Part shown: in pieces, positions 34,898 through 44,816 of the stretch | Layout of the letters: every line of letters starts with the position of its first letter | How positions within the stretch are numbered: the first letter of the stretch is position 1 | NCBI RefSeq assembly: GCF_048068055.1 | Contig: NZ_JBLUPT010000005.1 | Span: 260,509 to 324,508, forward strand | Reading direction: 5' to 3' | From: Pseudomonas sp. NY15181 | Lineage (GTDB): Bacteria > Pseudomonadota > Gammaproteobacteria > Pseudomonadales > Pseudomonadaceae | DNA: 64,000 nucleotides | Position numbers and translations under genes: made by a program | Notes under the pieces: generated by a model | The model's input: only the letters and a program-made list of their open reading frames with translations | What the model was told of the DNA's origin: nothing | Databases searched by the model: none

Positions 34898-36763
34898 TCA
34901 GTAGTGGTACCAGCGCAGCTCCAGCATCACTTCGTTGACCGGGGTGGCCAACTGGCTGAACTCGCGCTGGGCCGACAGGCGCAGGCCGAGGTTGCGGCCC
35001 AGTTCCACCTGCTGGCCGAAGCTCAGGTTGCGGCGCACTTCGCCGTTGTGGAAGTAGTCGCCCTTGGCTTCCAGGGTCAGGTTGCCCAGCGGGTTGCTCC
35101 ACAGCAGGCCGGTGTCGAAGCCCAGGGCCGGGGCGATGGTCGCCGCGAAGTCCTGGTTGTTCTCGATCCGCGCGGTACCCAGGGCGTAGGCCTGCAGCTC
35201 GTCGCTGAGTTTCCAGCTGCCGCCGGCGCCGCCGTTGAGATGGCCGACCAGGGTGTCGTGGTCGTCGTCGCTGTGCTTGCCGAGTACCCGCTCCCAACCG
35301 CCGGAAACCTGCCAGGAGAGCGGTTGCAACAGTTCATTGCGTGGCGTCATCGAGCGGATGGTGACCAGGTCCAGTTGCTGCAGTTGCCAGCGGTTGCCCT
35401 CGTACTGGCGCAGCTTCAGCTGGCCGAGTTCGATCTGCGCGCCGAGGGGGAAGCCGTACTGGTTGTCGGCGAGGTCGTGGTAGGCCATGCGCAGGCCGTA
35501 TTGGGCGAAGGCCTCGCCATCGCGGCTGCCGGCGCCGAGCTGCCAGGTGCGCGACTCATGGCCGTCTTCCGGTTGGCCGGGACGCTCCACCGCCAGGGCC
35601 GGCGGCGGGTTCTGGTTGATCGCCTTGAGCAGGTTGTAGCTGCGCGACGCCGTGGCGGCGTCGCGTTCCTGGCCGGTGGCGCGGTAGCGTACCAGGCGGA
35701 AGGCGGTGTCCTGCACCAGCGCCTGGCGGTCGGCGGGCAAGGCCTTGAATTCGGGGCTGTCGAGCAGCCGGTCATCGTCCGCCAGCTGGCGCGCCAGGAC
35801 CTTTTCGTCGTGGCTCAGCGGTGCGCCGCGGGCGAGCAGCTCGCGCTCCCGGGAGGGGCGGTAGTCGATGCGGTCGATCATCCCGGCATTCTTCACCGCG
35901 CGCACCGTGTCGGTGGGGATGGCGGTGAGCGGGAACTGGTCCGTGAGTTCGGTGCCGGGCCGGGCGATCTCCAGCAGCTCCAGCAGGCGGAACGAGCAGT
36001 TCTCGTCGAAGAAGTAGTACTTGAAGCGGACCTGCTTGAGCTCCCAGACGTGCTCGACCATCCGCCCGGTTTCTTCAGGCGTGAGGTTGAGGCGGTACTC
36101 CCAGAGGTCGCGGTTTTCCAGCCGGCTGTACTCGGAGAGCTTCTCGCGGTACGGCACCAGGGCGAACAGGCCGGGGTAGCCGCCCATCAGGCCCTTCCAG
36201 GCGTAGAGGATGCTGTTGTCCATGCCCTCGATGTAGGCGCCGAAGTTCAGCGCGTAGCTCAGCAGGGCAGTGTTGTCGGAGTCGACGTCGGCCTGGTCGA
36301 TGCGCAGCAGGGTGTGGCCGAACATCGAGGACGGGCTGTTCAGGTAGGCCGCCGGGAACACCAGCACCGCGCTGTGCGGGTTGATGTCGCTGTACCAGGT
36401 CTTGTACTCCTGGCAGGCCACGGGCGGCAGGTCGTCGAGTTGCAGTTGCTGGCGCAGCCAGCGGGTGCGCGCCGGATAGACGCACTGGGCGTGTTTGTCG
36501 CCGAGCTCGGCGGGTGCGTAGAGCGCCTTCACGGTGGCGGCCAGTTCGGCGTCAGGGTGCTGCTCGCCGTCGGCGGCGAGGAAGAACTTCGGGTCGTCGA
36601 CGAAGCTGCGCCAGCCGCCCAGCTTGGCGTGTTCGTAGTGCCCCAGGGCCAGCCAGTAGGGGGCGCTGGCCAGTGCCTGCAGGCGCTCTGGGGCGATCTG
36701 TGGTGCGGCGAACAGTGGGGTGCAGGCGCACAGCGCCATCCAGGGCAACAGGCGTTTGGGCAT
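34898..36763 (-). CDS. DUF4105-family secreted protein with C-terminal beta-barrel-like domain
   Basis: 621 aa; signal peptide MPKRLLPWMALCACTPLFAAPQ; C-terminus ends ...LELRWYHY (aromatic-terminal OMP-like signature). Confidence 0.6.
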   Translation of the reverse strand: MPKRLLPWMALCACTPLFAAPQIAPERLQALASAPYWLALGHYEHAKLGGWRSFVDDPKFFLAADGEQHPDAELAATVKALYAPAELGDKHAQCVYPARTRWLRQQLQLDDLPPVACQEYKTWYSDINPHSAVLVFPAAYLNSPSSMFGHTLLRIDQADVDSDNTALLSYALNFGAYIEGMDNSILYAWKGLMGGYPGLFALVPYREKLSEYSRLENRDLWEYRLNLTPEETGRMVEHVWELKQVRFKYYFFDENCSFRLLELLEIARPGTELTDQFPLTAIPTDTVRAVKNAGMIDRIDYRPSRERELLARGAPLSHDEKVLARQLADDDRLLDSPEFKALPADRQALVQDTAFRLVRYRATGQERDAATASRSYNLLKAINQNPPPALAVERPGQPEDGHESRTWQLGAGSRDGEAFAQYGLRMAYHDLADNQYGFPLGAQIELGQLKLRQYEGNRWQLQQLDLVTIRSMTPRNELLQPLSWQVSGGWERVLGKHSDDDHDTLVGHLNGGAGGSWKLSDELQAYALGTARIENNQDFAATIAPALGFDTGLLWSNPLGNLTLEAKGDYFHNGEVRRNLSFGQQVELGRNLGLRLSAQREFSQLATPVNEVMLELRWYHY

Positions 36764-36824
36764 GGAGGGGACTACTGGAAAAGGAGGGGTGAGCCCACCG
36801 TGGCGGTGGGCTCGCGAGCGGCCG

Positions 36825-37313
36825 TCAGGCCTGTTCGGCGTACTTGGCCAGTTGGGCGTCCTGTTTCAGGACAGCCTGGGTGTTGGCATAGACGTCTTCG
36901 GCGGTGACGTTGGACTTGTCGAAGATCTGGGCGAAGTGCTGGTGGGTCACCTCGGCGAAGTGGGCGCGGTCCTGCGGCGCTACACCCAGGACTACGGCGT
37001 AGGTGGTCAGGGCTTCGCCGTTACCCTTGGCCATGTCTTCGGACAGCTCGTCCATCATGCTGCTGAGCACGATCATCGGCTTGCCGCCGTAGGTCAGGGC
37101 GCCGTTGGTGTGGCAGCCGTTGGTGCCGGTGGTCATGCCGAAGGTGTTGTTGCCGCTGGTGCCGTTCGTGGTGGCCGCCAGGACGTGGGTGGCGGTGCCG
37201 CGCTGGCCCTTGAAGAGCATGTTGCCCCAGCCGCAACCGTCGCTACCGGGAGCGTCGGCCAGGGCACTGAGGGAGGCGGTGGCGAGGAGGGTACCGATCA
37301 GAATCCTTTTCAT
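36825..37313 (-). CDS. DUF3015-family periplasmic protein
   Basis: Track ORF over-extended; ATG at 37313 gives MKRILIGTLLATASLSALA signal peptide, 162 aa. Confidence 0.6.
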   Translation of the reverse strand: MKRILIGTLLATASLSALADAPGSDGCGWGNMLFKGQRGTATHVLAATTNGTSGNNTFGMTTGTNGCHTNGALTYGGKPMIVLSSMMDELSEDMAKGNGEALTTYAVVLGVAPQDRAHFAEVTHQHFAQIFDKSNVTAEDVYANTQAVLKQDAQLAKYAEQA

Positions 37314-37533
37314 CGTTTTTCTCTCTTTCTTAAGTTCGGGCAGGTGTCGCTGACAGCAAACAGCGCCGCCTGAAGCTTTTAGGAATGAACTCGGGGTGTC
37401 AAGGAAACCGGTGCGCTCCTGTGCGGCGCGTTCAGGCTTCCTGCCGCCTGCCTGCAGGTTATTGATCGGCATCAGCGGCGGTTGCCTTGGAACGGGCCAC
37501 ACTTGAAGGAGTTCCCCTTGCAAGGAGGTCGCC

Positions 37534-37857
37534 ATGGCCGATTTCGATCCGCGTCCGACCCTGGATCAACTGGCGGCGGAGTATTCCCGGCGCGCCGAGG
37601 CGATCCGTCGCGATCTCGGCCGGACCCATTCGCCGGACTTCGCCGAACAGGCCCAGCAGCGGCAGAACGACGACGTCCTGCGTGCGCTGCTGGCGGAAGC
37701 GGAGGCGGGCATGCGGTTGGTCGGGCTGGCGCGCCTGCGCCTGGCGGACGGCACCTACGGCTTCTGCGTGCGCTGCGGAGAGCCGATCGAAGCGCGCCGG
37801 CTACAGGCGCTGCCGGCGGCGGAGCACTGCCTGCGCTGCGCTGATGCGGTGGACTGA
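37534..37857 (+). CDS. DksA/TraR-family C4-type zinc-finger protein
   Basis: 107 aa; C-terminal CVRCGEPI...CLRCAD four-Cys zinc finger; 96 bp upstream of Lon-like protease gene. Confidence 0.7.
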   Translation: MADFDPRPTLDQLAAEYSRRAEAIRRDLGRTHSPDFAEQAQQRQNDDVLRALLAEAEAGMRLVGLARLRLADGTYGFCVRCGEPIEARRLQALPAAEHCLRCADAVD

Positions 37858-37953
37858 AACTGTCACCAATACTGCCTTGCCAGTGGCGCGCGGGCGGCGC
37901 GAGAATGCGGACAACTCTCCGCGGCCTCGTGCCGCCCGAAGCAAGGATTTCCG

Positions 37954-40431
37954 ATGCCCGATTCCGTTGCTGCAGGCCTGCGCCTGGCGCCCGATGAACT
38001 GACCCGTCCCTTCTTCCCCGAACAATTCCCCTTCACTACCACCGACGAACTGGAGCCCTTCCTTGGCGTACTCGGCCAGGAGCGCGCGGTGGAGGCATTG
38101 CAGTTCGGCGTGGCGATGCCGCGTCCGGGGTACAACGTGTTCGTCATGGGCGAGCCGGGCACCGGTCGCTTCTCGTTCGTGCAGCGCTACCTGAAGGCAG
38201 AAGGCAAACGCCTGCCGACCCCGGCGGACTGGGTCTACGTCAACAATTTCGATGAATCCCGCGAGCCGCGTGCCATCGAACTGCCGCCGGGCAGTGCGGC
38301 GGACTTCGGCGCCGACTTCGATCACCTGATCGACAACCTGCTTGCCACCTTCCCTTCGGTGTTCGAGAGCCCGGCCTACCAGCAGAAGAAGAGCGCCATC
38401 GACCGCGCCTTCAATCAGCGCTACGACAAGGCCCTGGACACCGTCGAGCGCCTGGCGCTGGAGAAGGACGTCGCGCTATACCGCGACAGCGCCAACATCG
38501 CCTTCACCCCGATGAGCGAGGGCAAGGCGCTGGACGAAGCGGAATTTGCCCAGCTCCCCGAGGCCGAGCGCGAGCGCTTCCATGCCGACATCGCCACGCT
38601 GGAGGAGCACCTCAACGAGGAACTGGCCAGCCTGCCGCAATGGAAGCGCGAATCCAGCAACCAGCTGCGCCAGCTCAACGAGGAAACCATTACCCTGGCG
38701 CTGCAGCCGCTGCTGGCGCCGCTGGTGGAGAAGTACAACAACAACTCCGGCGTCAGCGCCTATCTGCAGGCCATGCAGCTCAACCTGCTGAAGACCGTGG
38801 TCGACCAACTGGTGGACGCCGAGCGCACCGACCCGCAGCGCAAGCAGAGCCTGGAAGAGCAATACGCGCCCAACCAGGTGATCGGCCACCATTCCACCAG
38901 TGGCGCGCCGGTGATCTTCGAGTCGCACCCGACCTACGACAACCTGTTCGGCCGCATCGAGTACGCCTCCGACCAGGGCGCGCTGTACACCAGCTACCGC
39001 CAGCTGCGCCCGGGCGCACTGCACCGCGCCAATGGCGGCTTCCTGGTGCTGGAAGCGGAGAAGCTGCTCAGCGAGCCGTTCGTCTGGGATGCGCTCAAGC
39101 GCGCGCTGCATTCGCGACAGCTGAAGATGGAGTCGCCGCTGGCCGAGCTGGGCCGCCTGGCGGCCATGAGCCTGACGCCGCAGGTGATCCCGCTGAACAT
39201 CAAGGTGATCATCATCGGTTCGCGGCAGATCTATTACACGCTGCAGGACCTGGACCCGGACTTCCAGGAGATGTTCCGCGTCCTGGTGGACTTCGACGAG
39301 GACATCCCGCTGGGCGAGGACAGCCTCGAACAGTTCGCCCAACTGCTGAAAACGCGCACCTCGGAAGAGGGGCTGGCGCCGCTGACCAGTGCCGCCGTCG
39401 CCCGCCTGGCGACCTACAGCGCGCGCCTGGCCGAGCACCAGGGACGCCTGTCAGCGCGCATCAGCGACCTGTTCCAGCTGGTCAGCGAGGCAGACTTCAT
39501 CCGTCAGCTGGCGAACGAAGAGGTGACTGACCTCGGCCACATCGAGCGTGCCCTGAAGGCCAAGGAAACCCGCACCGGGCGGGTGTCCGGGCGCATCCTC
39601 GACGACATGCTGGCCGGCATCATCCTGATCGATACCGAAGGCGCCGCCGTCGGCAAGTGCAACGGCCTGACGGTGCTGGAAGTCGGTGATTCGGCCTTCG
39701 GTGTGCCAGCGCGAATTTCCGCCACCGTCTATCCCGGCGGCAGCGGCATCGTCGATATCGAGCGCGAAGTGAGCCTCGGCCAGCCGATCCACTCCAAGGG
39801 TGTGATGATCCTCACCGGCTACCTCGGCAGCCGCTATGCGCAGGAATTCCCGCTGGAGATTTCGGCGAGCATCGCCCTGGAGCAGTCCTACGGCTACGTG
39901 GACGGCGACAGTGCCTCGCTGGGCGAGGTCTGCACGCTGATCTCCGCGCTGTCGCGCACGCCGCTGCGGCAGTGCTTCGCCATCACCGGCTCGATCAACC
40001 AGTTCGGCGAGGTGCAGGCGGTCGGTGGGGTCAACGAGAAGATCGAGGGCTTCTTCCGTCTTTGCGAGGCCCGCGGCCTGACCGGCGAGCAGGGGGTGAT
40101 CATCCCGCGCTCCAACGTCAGCACCCTGATGCTGGATGAGCGTGTGCTGCAGGCGGTGCGCAGCGGCCAGTTCCATATCTACGCGGTTCGCCAGGCCGAC
40201 GAGGCCTTGAGCCTGCTGGTTGGCCAGCCGGCCGGTGCACCGGACGCCAAGGGCAACTTTCCGAAGGACAGCGTGAACGCCCGTGTCGTCGAGCGCCTGA
40301 AGGAAATCTCCGAGATCGGCATGGAGGAAGACGAGAAGGAAAAGCCGGTCAAGGAAACCGTGGCCAAGGCCAAGGCGGCGAAGGCTCCGGTGGAGAAGGA
40401 GCGGGCGCGCAAGAAGAAGGACGCTGACTGA
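37954..40431 (+). CDS. Lon-like ATP-dependent protease homologue (YcbZ/LonC-type: AAA+ N-domain + S16 peptidase)
   Basis: 825 aa; Walker A GEPGTGRFSF; C-terminal Lon proteolytic domain with serine motif VDGDSASLGE and KGVMILTGYLGSRY. Confidence 0.8.
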   Translation: MPDSVAAGLRLAPDELTRPFFPEQFPFTTTDELEPFLGVLGQERAVEALQFGVAMPRPGYNVFVMGEPGTGRFSFVQRYLKAEGKRLPTPADWVYVNNFDESREPRAIELPPGSAADFGADFDHLIDNLLATFPSVFESPAYQQKKSAIDRAFNQRYDKALDTVERLALEKDVALYRDSANIAFTPMSEGKALDEAEFAQLPEAERERFHADIATLEEHLNEELASLPQWKRESSNQLRQLNEETITLALQPLLAPLVEKYNNNSGVSAYLQAMQLNLLKTVVDQLVDAERTDPQRKQSLEEQYAPNQVIGHHSTSGAPVIFESHPTYDNLFGRIEYASDQGALYTSYRQLRPGALHRANGGFLVLEAEKLLSEPFVWDALKRALHSRQLKMESPLAELGRLAAMSLTPQVIPLNIKVIIIGSRQIYYTLQDLDPDFQEMFRVLVDFDEDIPLGEDSLEQFAQLLKTRTSEEGLAPLTSAAVARLATYSARLAEHQGRLSARISDLFQLVSEADFIRQLANEEVTDLGHIERALKAKETRTGRVSGRILDDMLAGIILIDTEGAAVGKCNGLTVLEVGDSAFGVPARISATVYPGGSGIVDIEREVSLGQPIHSKGVMILTGYLGSRYAQEFPLEISASIALEQSYGYVDGDSASLGEVCTLISALSRTPLRQCFAITGSINQFGEVQAVGGVNEKIEGFFRLCEARGLTGEQGVIIPRSNVSTLMLDERVLQAVRSGQFHIYAVRQADEALSLLVGQPAGAPDAKGNFPKDSVNARVVERLKEISEIGMEEDEKEKPVKETVAKAKAAKAPVEKERARKKKDAD

Positions 40432-40506
40432 GCAGAACCTGACCAGCCCGCTCCGCGCCACGCGGGGCGGTGCTCTGGCGCTCCTGCCCCCGCGCAGTTC
40501 ACATGC

Positions 40507-40529
40507 TTATCCACAGCCTGCGTGGATAA
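40507..40529. promoter_or_regulatory. inverted pair of DnaA-box-like 9-mers
   Basis: TTATCCACA (perfect DnaA box) and CGTGGATAA (rc TTATCCACG) separated by 6 bp; another TTGTCCACA ~41011. Confidence 0.3.
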
Positions 40530-40596
40530 AACGGCGCTTTCGCGTGTCGGAACCTGGGTGTAGTCTCGAACTCAGGACAGCCGCGAGGGTGCCGCC

Positions 40597-40938
40597 ATGC
40601 CGCGTAACCTCTGCCTTATCCGCCCCTGTCTGGGGCTGACCACGCGAATCGAATGCGCGATCAGGCCGCTGGCCGGAGAGAATGGACTCTGGACCTTGTT
40701 GTGTGCGGCCGGCATGGCCGGCGCACAACCCACCGCCATCAAGGCGCAAGGCCCGTTCTTCGGGCCCTTCGTCGCCGAGGGTGTGCTCGAAGCGATTTCC
40801 GACTGCCTGGCCCAGCAGGGCTACGTCGAGGCTTGCGATCCGCCGATCTGGCAACTGCACCTGCAAGCCGAGTTGCGCCGCCTGAACGGTGAGCGTTGCC
40901 GCAATCTCGGGAATTATCAGTTCCGCCCCGAATCCTGA
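40597..40938 (+). CDS. hypothetical protein
   Basis: 113-aa ORF with normal amino-acid composition; competing antisense ORF 40507..41010 is Arg/Gly-rich. Confidence 0.4.
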   Translation: MPRNLCLIRPCLGLTTRIECAIRPLAGENGLWTLLCAAGMAGAQPTAIKAQGPFFGPFVAEGVLEAISDCLAQQGYVEACDPPIWQLHLQAELRRLNGERCRNLGNYQFRPES

Positions 40939-41089
40939 CGCCGGACGTCGCCCAAGCAACGGATGCTCGTGGCGCCTGGCTTTCGCCTGCCGATCGCGGG
41001 CGGCTGACATATTTGTCCACAGAATTGCGCGGCAGCCCGGAAATTGCCTTCGCTATACTTCGAAACTTCCGAACAGCCCCGCGAGATCC

Positions 41090-41584
41090 ATGGAACGCTT
41101 CGTCGAAAACTCTCTGTACGCCGCCCGCTGGCTGCTGGCGCCGATCTACATCGGCCTGTCGCTGGCGTTGTTGGCGCTGACCATCAAGTTCTTCCAGGAA
41201 ATCTTCCACATCCTGCCGAGCATCTTCAGCATCGCCGAGGCGGACCTGATCCTGGTGCTGCTGTCGCTGATCGACATGGCGCTGGTCGGCGGCCTGCTGG
41301 TGATGGTGATGTTCTCGGGCTACGAGAACTTCGTCTCTCAATTGGATATCGACGAGAGCAAGGAGAAGCTCAGCTGGCTGGGCAAGATGGACGCCAGTTC
41401 GCTGAAGAATAAGGTGGCCGCCTCCATCGTGGCGATTTCCTCGATCCACCTGCTGCGCATCTTCATGGACGCCAAGAACATCCCGGACAACAAGCTGATG
41501 TGGTACGTGATTATCCACCTCACCTTCGTCCTCTCCGCGTTCGCCATGGGTTACCTGGACAAGACCACGCGCCACGACCACTGA
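41090..41584 (+). CDS. UPF0114/YqhA-family inner-membrane protein
   Basis: ATG at 41090 gives [28 protein letters not shown]..., 164 aa, 4 TM. Confidence 0.7.
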   Translation: MERFVENSLYAARWLLAPIYIGLSLALLALTIKFFQEIFHILPSIFSIAEADLILVLLSLIDMALVGGLLVMVMFSGYENFVSQLDIDESKEKLSWLGKMDASSLKNKVAASIVAISSIHLLRIFMDAKNIPDNKLMWYVIIHLTFVLSAFAMGYLDKTTRHDH

Positions 41585-41707
41585 TCCCTACTGGTGTCTC
41601 TCCAGCCGCCCGGCCGTTGTGAAACGGACGGGCGGCTGTGTTTCCTCCTTGCGGTGACGGGTGGCTGTACAAGACTTTTGCATGTAGCCACGTGCAGGAG
41701 GTGTCCC

Positions 41708-42004
41708 ATGACCCTCGAGGAACTGACCAACCGCTCCCTCGCCGGGGATATCGACGAGATCAACCTGGTGTCGCTGGAAGGCGATATCTATGTTCTGGAA
41801 GCGCGGATGGGGGGCCGTTTCTATCCGATCCAGGACGTGATGGGGCATGTGCTCAGCGTGCGCTCCGTCGCCCATGCCCGCGAGGTGCTGCATGCGGTGC
41901 CGACGGTACCGTTCCGGTTGGTGCACGCCGTGGTGCATGACGAGATGGTCGGGATGCAGGACGAACTCGATATCGGCGACGGCGTGCTCATCCCGCTGCA
42001 CTAG
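41708..42004 (+). CDS. small hypothetical protein
   Basis: ATG at 41708 behind GCAGGAGG RBS; 98 aa. Confidence 0.5.
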   Translation: MTLEELTNRSLAGDIDEINLVSLEGDIYVLEARMGGRFYPIQDVMGHVLSVRSVAHAREVLHAVPTVPFRLVHAVVHDEMVGMQDELDIGDGVLIPLH

Positions 42005-42080
42005 GCCCGCGGCGGTGGGGGCGGCGAAGCATCTGTGCTAGGCTGGCGGCCCTTTTTTGAACCCCCAGCGGAGCGCCGCC

Positions 42081-42698
42081 ATGAGCGAACTCAATCTTTC
42101 CACCGACGAAGCCCGCGTCAGCTACGGCATTGGCCGTCAGCTCGGCGACCAGCTGCGCGAGAACCCGGTTCCGGGCATGACCCTCGACGCCATCCTGGCC
42201 GGCCTGTCCGACGCCTATGCCAACGTGGAAAGCCGCGTGCCGGGCGAAGCCCTGTCCGCCAGCTTCCAGGTGATCCGCGAGCGCATGCAGGCCGAGGCCC
42301 AGGCGAAAGCCGAAGCCGCCGCTGCCGTTGGTCGCGAGTACCTGGTGGAGAACGCCAAGCGTGAAGGCGTGACCGTCCTGCCGTCCGGCCTGCAGTTCGA
42401 AGTGCTGGTGGCAGGCGAGGGCGCCAAGCCGTCCCGCGAAGACACCGTGCGTACCCACTACCACGGCACCCTGGTCGACGGCACCGTGTTCGACAGCTCC
42501 TACGATCGCGGCCAGCCGGCCGAATTCCCGGTGGGCGGCGTGATCGCCGGCTGGGTCGAGGCCCTGCAGCTGATGAACGCCGGCAGCAAGTGGCGCCTGC
42601 ACGTACCGAGCGAGCTGGCCTATGGTGGCCAGGCCGTCGGCAGCATCCCGCCGCACAGCGTGCTGGTGTTCGACGTCGAGCTGCTGGAAATCCTCTGA
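42081..42698 (+). CDS. fklB: FKBP-type peptidyl-prolyl cis-trans isomerase
   Basis: ATG at 42081 gives MSELNLSTDEARVSYGIG...; C-terminal FKBP domain (YHGTLVDGTVFDSSYDRGQPAEFPVGGVIAGW). Confidence 0.85.
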   Translation: MSELNLSTDEARVSYGIGRQLGDQLRENPVPGMTLDAILAGLSDAYANVESRVPGEALSASFQVIRERMQAEAQAKAEAAAAVGREYLVENAKREGVTVLPSGLQFEVLVAGEGAKPSREDTVRTHYHGTLVDGTVFDSSYDRGQPAEFPVGGVIAGWVEALQLMNAGSKWRLHVPSELAYGGQAVGSIPPHSVLVFDVELLEIL

Positions 42699-42744
42699 TT
42701 CCCGAAGGTTCGCTGCGGAGCGCCATCCTTGGCGACTCCGCAGG

Positions 42745-42772
42745 AAAAGGGGCGCTTCGGCGTCCCTTTGTG
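42745..42772 (+). terminator. rho-independent terminator after fklB
   Basis: AAAAGGGGCGCTTCGGCGTCCCTTTGTG. Confidence 0.7.
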
Positions 42773-42857
42773 CATCCGCCTCCCGGGCGGCGGAGCACCG
42801 ACGACGCGTCCTGCGCCGTCGTAAACGCTTAATTGCACCCGCTTTTCTAGGCACCGT

Positions 42858-43082
42858 CTAGCGCAGCGCGCGGGCGTAACAGAACAGGAACAGGTTGCGC
42901 ACCAGCTCCTTGAGCACACCCGGCTCGCTGGTGGATAGCTCCGACAACTCCAGTCCGCCCTGTTCGCGCAGTTCGTCCAGCGCGTCTTCCTCCAGCACCG
43001 CGCAGACTTCCCCGGTATCCCGGTGCAGGATGCGCAGGTAGGGGTGTGGGCGATCCAGCCAGGCATCGATCATGTAGGTCAT
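42858..43082 (-). CDS. small hypothetical protein behind a Fur-box-like operator
   Basis: 74 aa MTYMIDAWLDRPHPYLRILHRDTGEVCAVLEED...; palindrome TTGAGAATAATTCTTATTATCTCAA 27-51 bp upstream of the ATG. Confidence 0.55.
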   Translation of the reverse strand: MTYMIDAWLDRPHPYLRILHRDTGEVCAVLEEDALDELREQGGLELSELSTSEPGVLKELVRNLFLFCYARALR

Positions 43083-43108
43083 GGCAGTTCCTCCGTGCGA
43101 ATCGTTTG

Positions 43109-43133
43109 TTGAGAATAATTCTTATTATCTCAA
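43109..43133. promoter_or_regulatory. Fur-box-like 25-bp palindrome
   Basis: TTGAGAATAATTCTTATTATCTCAA: AT-rich, near-perfect dyad built from ATAAT-like hexamers (cf. Fur consensus GATAATGATAATCATTATC). Confidence 0.5.
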
Positions 43134-43202
43134 TAGCAAGTCCCAATCGAAGATTTTCCTGCACAGGCGATGATCCGTTGCCCCGGGTCAACGGACGGGC
43201 AA

Positions 43203-43240
43203 TAAAAAGCCCGCCGCGGCGGACCGGGGCGGGCTTTGCG
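43203..43240 (-). terminator. rho-independent terminator after ispB
   Basis: Minus-strand GCCCGCCCCGGTCCGCCGCGGCGGGC hairpin + TTTTTATT. Confidence 0.7.
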
Positions 43241-43252
43241 AACAGCGCTGGA

Positions 43253-44221
43253 TCAGTGCGTGCGGGCGACGGCGAACTCGGCCAGCTCGATCAGCGCGGC
43301 GCGGTATTCGTTGTCCGGTAGCGCCTTCAGGCAGTCGATGGCGCGTGCGGCGTACTCGCGGGCCAGGTTGGCGGTGTAGTCCAGGGCGCCGGCGGCTTCC
43401 ACGGCGGCACGGATGCCTTCCAGGTCCTGGCTGCCGCCCTGCTGGATGGCTTTGCGTACCAGCGCGGCCTGTTCCGGGGTGCCGTCGCGCATGGCGGCGA
43501 TCAGCGGCAGGGTGGGTTTGCCTTCGGCGAGGTCGTCGCCGACGTTCTTGCCCAGGCTGGCGGCGTCACCGCGGTAGTCGAGCAGGTCGTCCACCAGCTG
43601 GAAGGCGATGCCCAGGGCATCGCCGAACAGGCGCAGCGCCTCGGCCTGCTCGGCCGGAGCATTGGCCAGCGCGGCGGCGCTGTGGGTGGAGGCTTCGAAG
43701 AGCATCGCGGTCTTGCCGCGGATGACTTCCATGTAGGTTTCTTCGGTGGTGCTGGCGTCGCGGACCTTGGACAGCTGCAGCACTTCGCCTTCAGCGATCA
43801 CGCGGGTGGCCTGGGAAATGATGCGCATGACCGGCATGGAGCCCAGTTCGACCATCATTTCGAAGGAGCGCGCATACAGGAAGTCGCCCACCAGCACGCT
43901 GGGTGCGTTGCCCCACTGGGCATTGGCGGTGGCGCGGCCACGGCGCAGGCCGGAGGCGTCGACCACATCGTCGTGCAGCAGGGTGGAGGTGTGCAGGAAC
44001 TCGATGGTGGCGGCCAGCAGCTTCAGGTCATCGCCCGAATAGCCCAGGGCCTTGCCGGAGAGGAGCACCAGCAGCGGACGCAGGCGCTTGCCGCCGGCGG
44101 AGATGATGTAGTCGCCGATCTTTTCCACCAGGGGAACGCGGGAAGTGAGTTGGCGGCGGATGATGCCGTCGACGGCGGTGAAGTCGTCCGCCACCACGCG
44201 ATAGAAAGCCTGGGGTTGCAT
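43253..44221 (-). CDS. ispB: octaprenyl-diphosphate synthase
   Basis: ATG at 44221 gives MQPQAFYRVVADDF..., 322 aa; both aspartate-rich motifs (LLHDDVVD, FQLVDDLLD). Confidence 0.9.
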   Translation of the reverse strand: MQPQAFYRVVADDFTAVDGIIRRQLTSRVPLVEKIGDYIISAGGKRLRPLLVLLSGKALGYSGDDLKLLAATIEFLHTSTLLHDDVVDASGLRRGRATANAQWGNAPSVLVGDFLYARSFEMMVELGSMPVMRIISQATRVIAEGEVLQLSKVRDASTTEETYMEVIRGKTAMLFEASTHSAAALANAPAEQAEALRLFGDALGIAFQLVDDLLDYRGDAASLGKNVGDDLAEGKPTLPLIAAMRDGTPEQAALVRKAIQQGGSQDLEGIRAAVEAAGALDYTANLAREYAARAIDCLKALPDNEYRAALIELAEFAVARTH

Positions 44222-44463
44222 TAAAGACAGCGCTCCTCGTAGATTGCGCGGCATGCTAGGTGCCGGGGGGAAGGCCTGTCAAGGCAAGGCCCCGGGAGGC
44301 TTGATCCGGGTGAACGCTTTGCGTACAATCGCGGCCCCGAACTTCCCTGGCATATCCTGCCTTACGCAATTGCACGGGCGTCCTTTCCGGCCCCATGCAG
44401 CCATGCCGACCGATTCCTCTTTTTATAAAGCGTCGGGTGAGCAGGTCTAACGGAGACATCCAG

Positions 44464-44775
44464 ATGTACGCAGTAATTGTTACTGGTGGCAAGCAATACA
44501 AAGTCACCGAAGGCGAATTCCTCAAGGTCGAGAAACTCGACGTCGCCACCGGCGAAGCGATCAACCTGGATCGCATTCTGCTGGTCGCCAACGGCGATGA
44601 CGTCAAGATCGGCCTGCCGGTGGTAGAAGGCGCGAAAGTGACCGCAGAAGTGGTTTCCCACGGTCGTCACGACAAAGTGCGCATCATCAAGTTCCGCCGC
44701 CGCAAGCACCACATGAAGCGTCAGGGCCACCGCCAGTGGTTCACTGAAATCAAGATCACCGGCATCCAGGCCTAA
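44464..44775 (+). CDS. rplU: 50S ribosomal protein L21
   Basis: [26 protein letters not shown]..., 103 aa. Confidence 0.95.
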   Translation: MYAVIVTGGKQYKVTEGEFLKVEKLDVATGEAINLDRILLVANGDDVKIGLPVVEGAKVTAEVVSHGRHDKVRIIKFRRRKHHMKRQGHRQWFTEIKITGIQA

Positions 44776-44816
44776 TTCCTTTTTTAGGGCTGCTTCCTGT
44801 TTAGGAGATATGACTC

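Noticed and set aside
37534-40431. DksA-like + Lon-like protease as a BREX/defence-island fragment
   Set aside because: No methyltransferase, PglZ, BrxA/B/C or other defence genes nearby; flanked by conserved core genes (fklB, ispB, rplU), so it looks like a housekeeping YcbZ-type Lon homologue.
40507-41010. 167-aa minus-strand ORF overlapping the 40597..40938 plus-strand ORF
   Set aside because: Arg/Gly/Ala-rich composition typical of spurious antisense frames; the plus-strand frame has a more protein-like composition, though neither is confidently coding.
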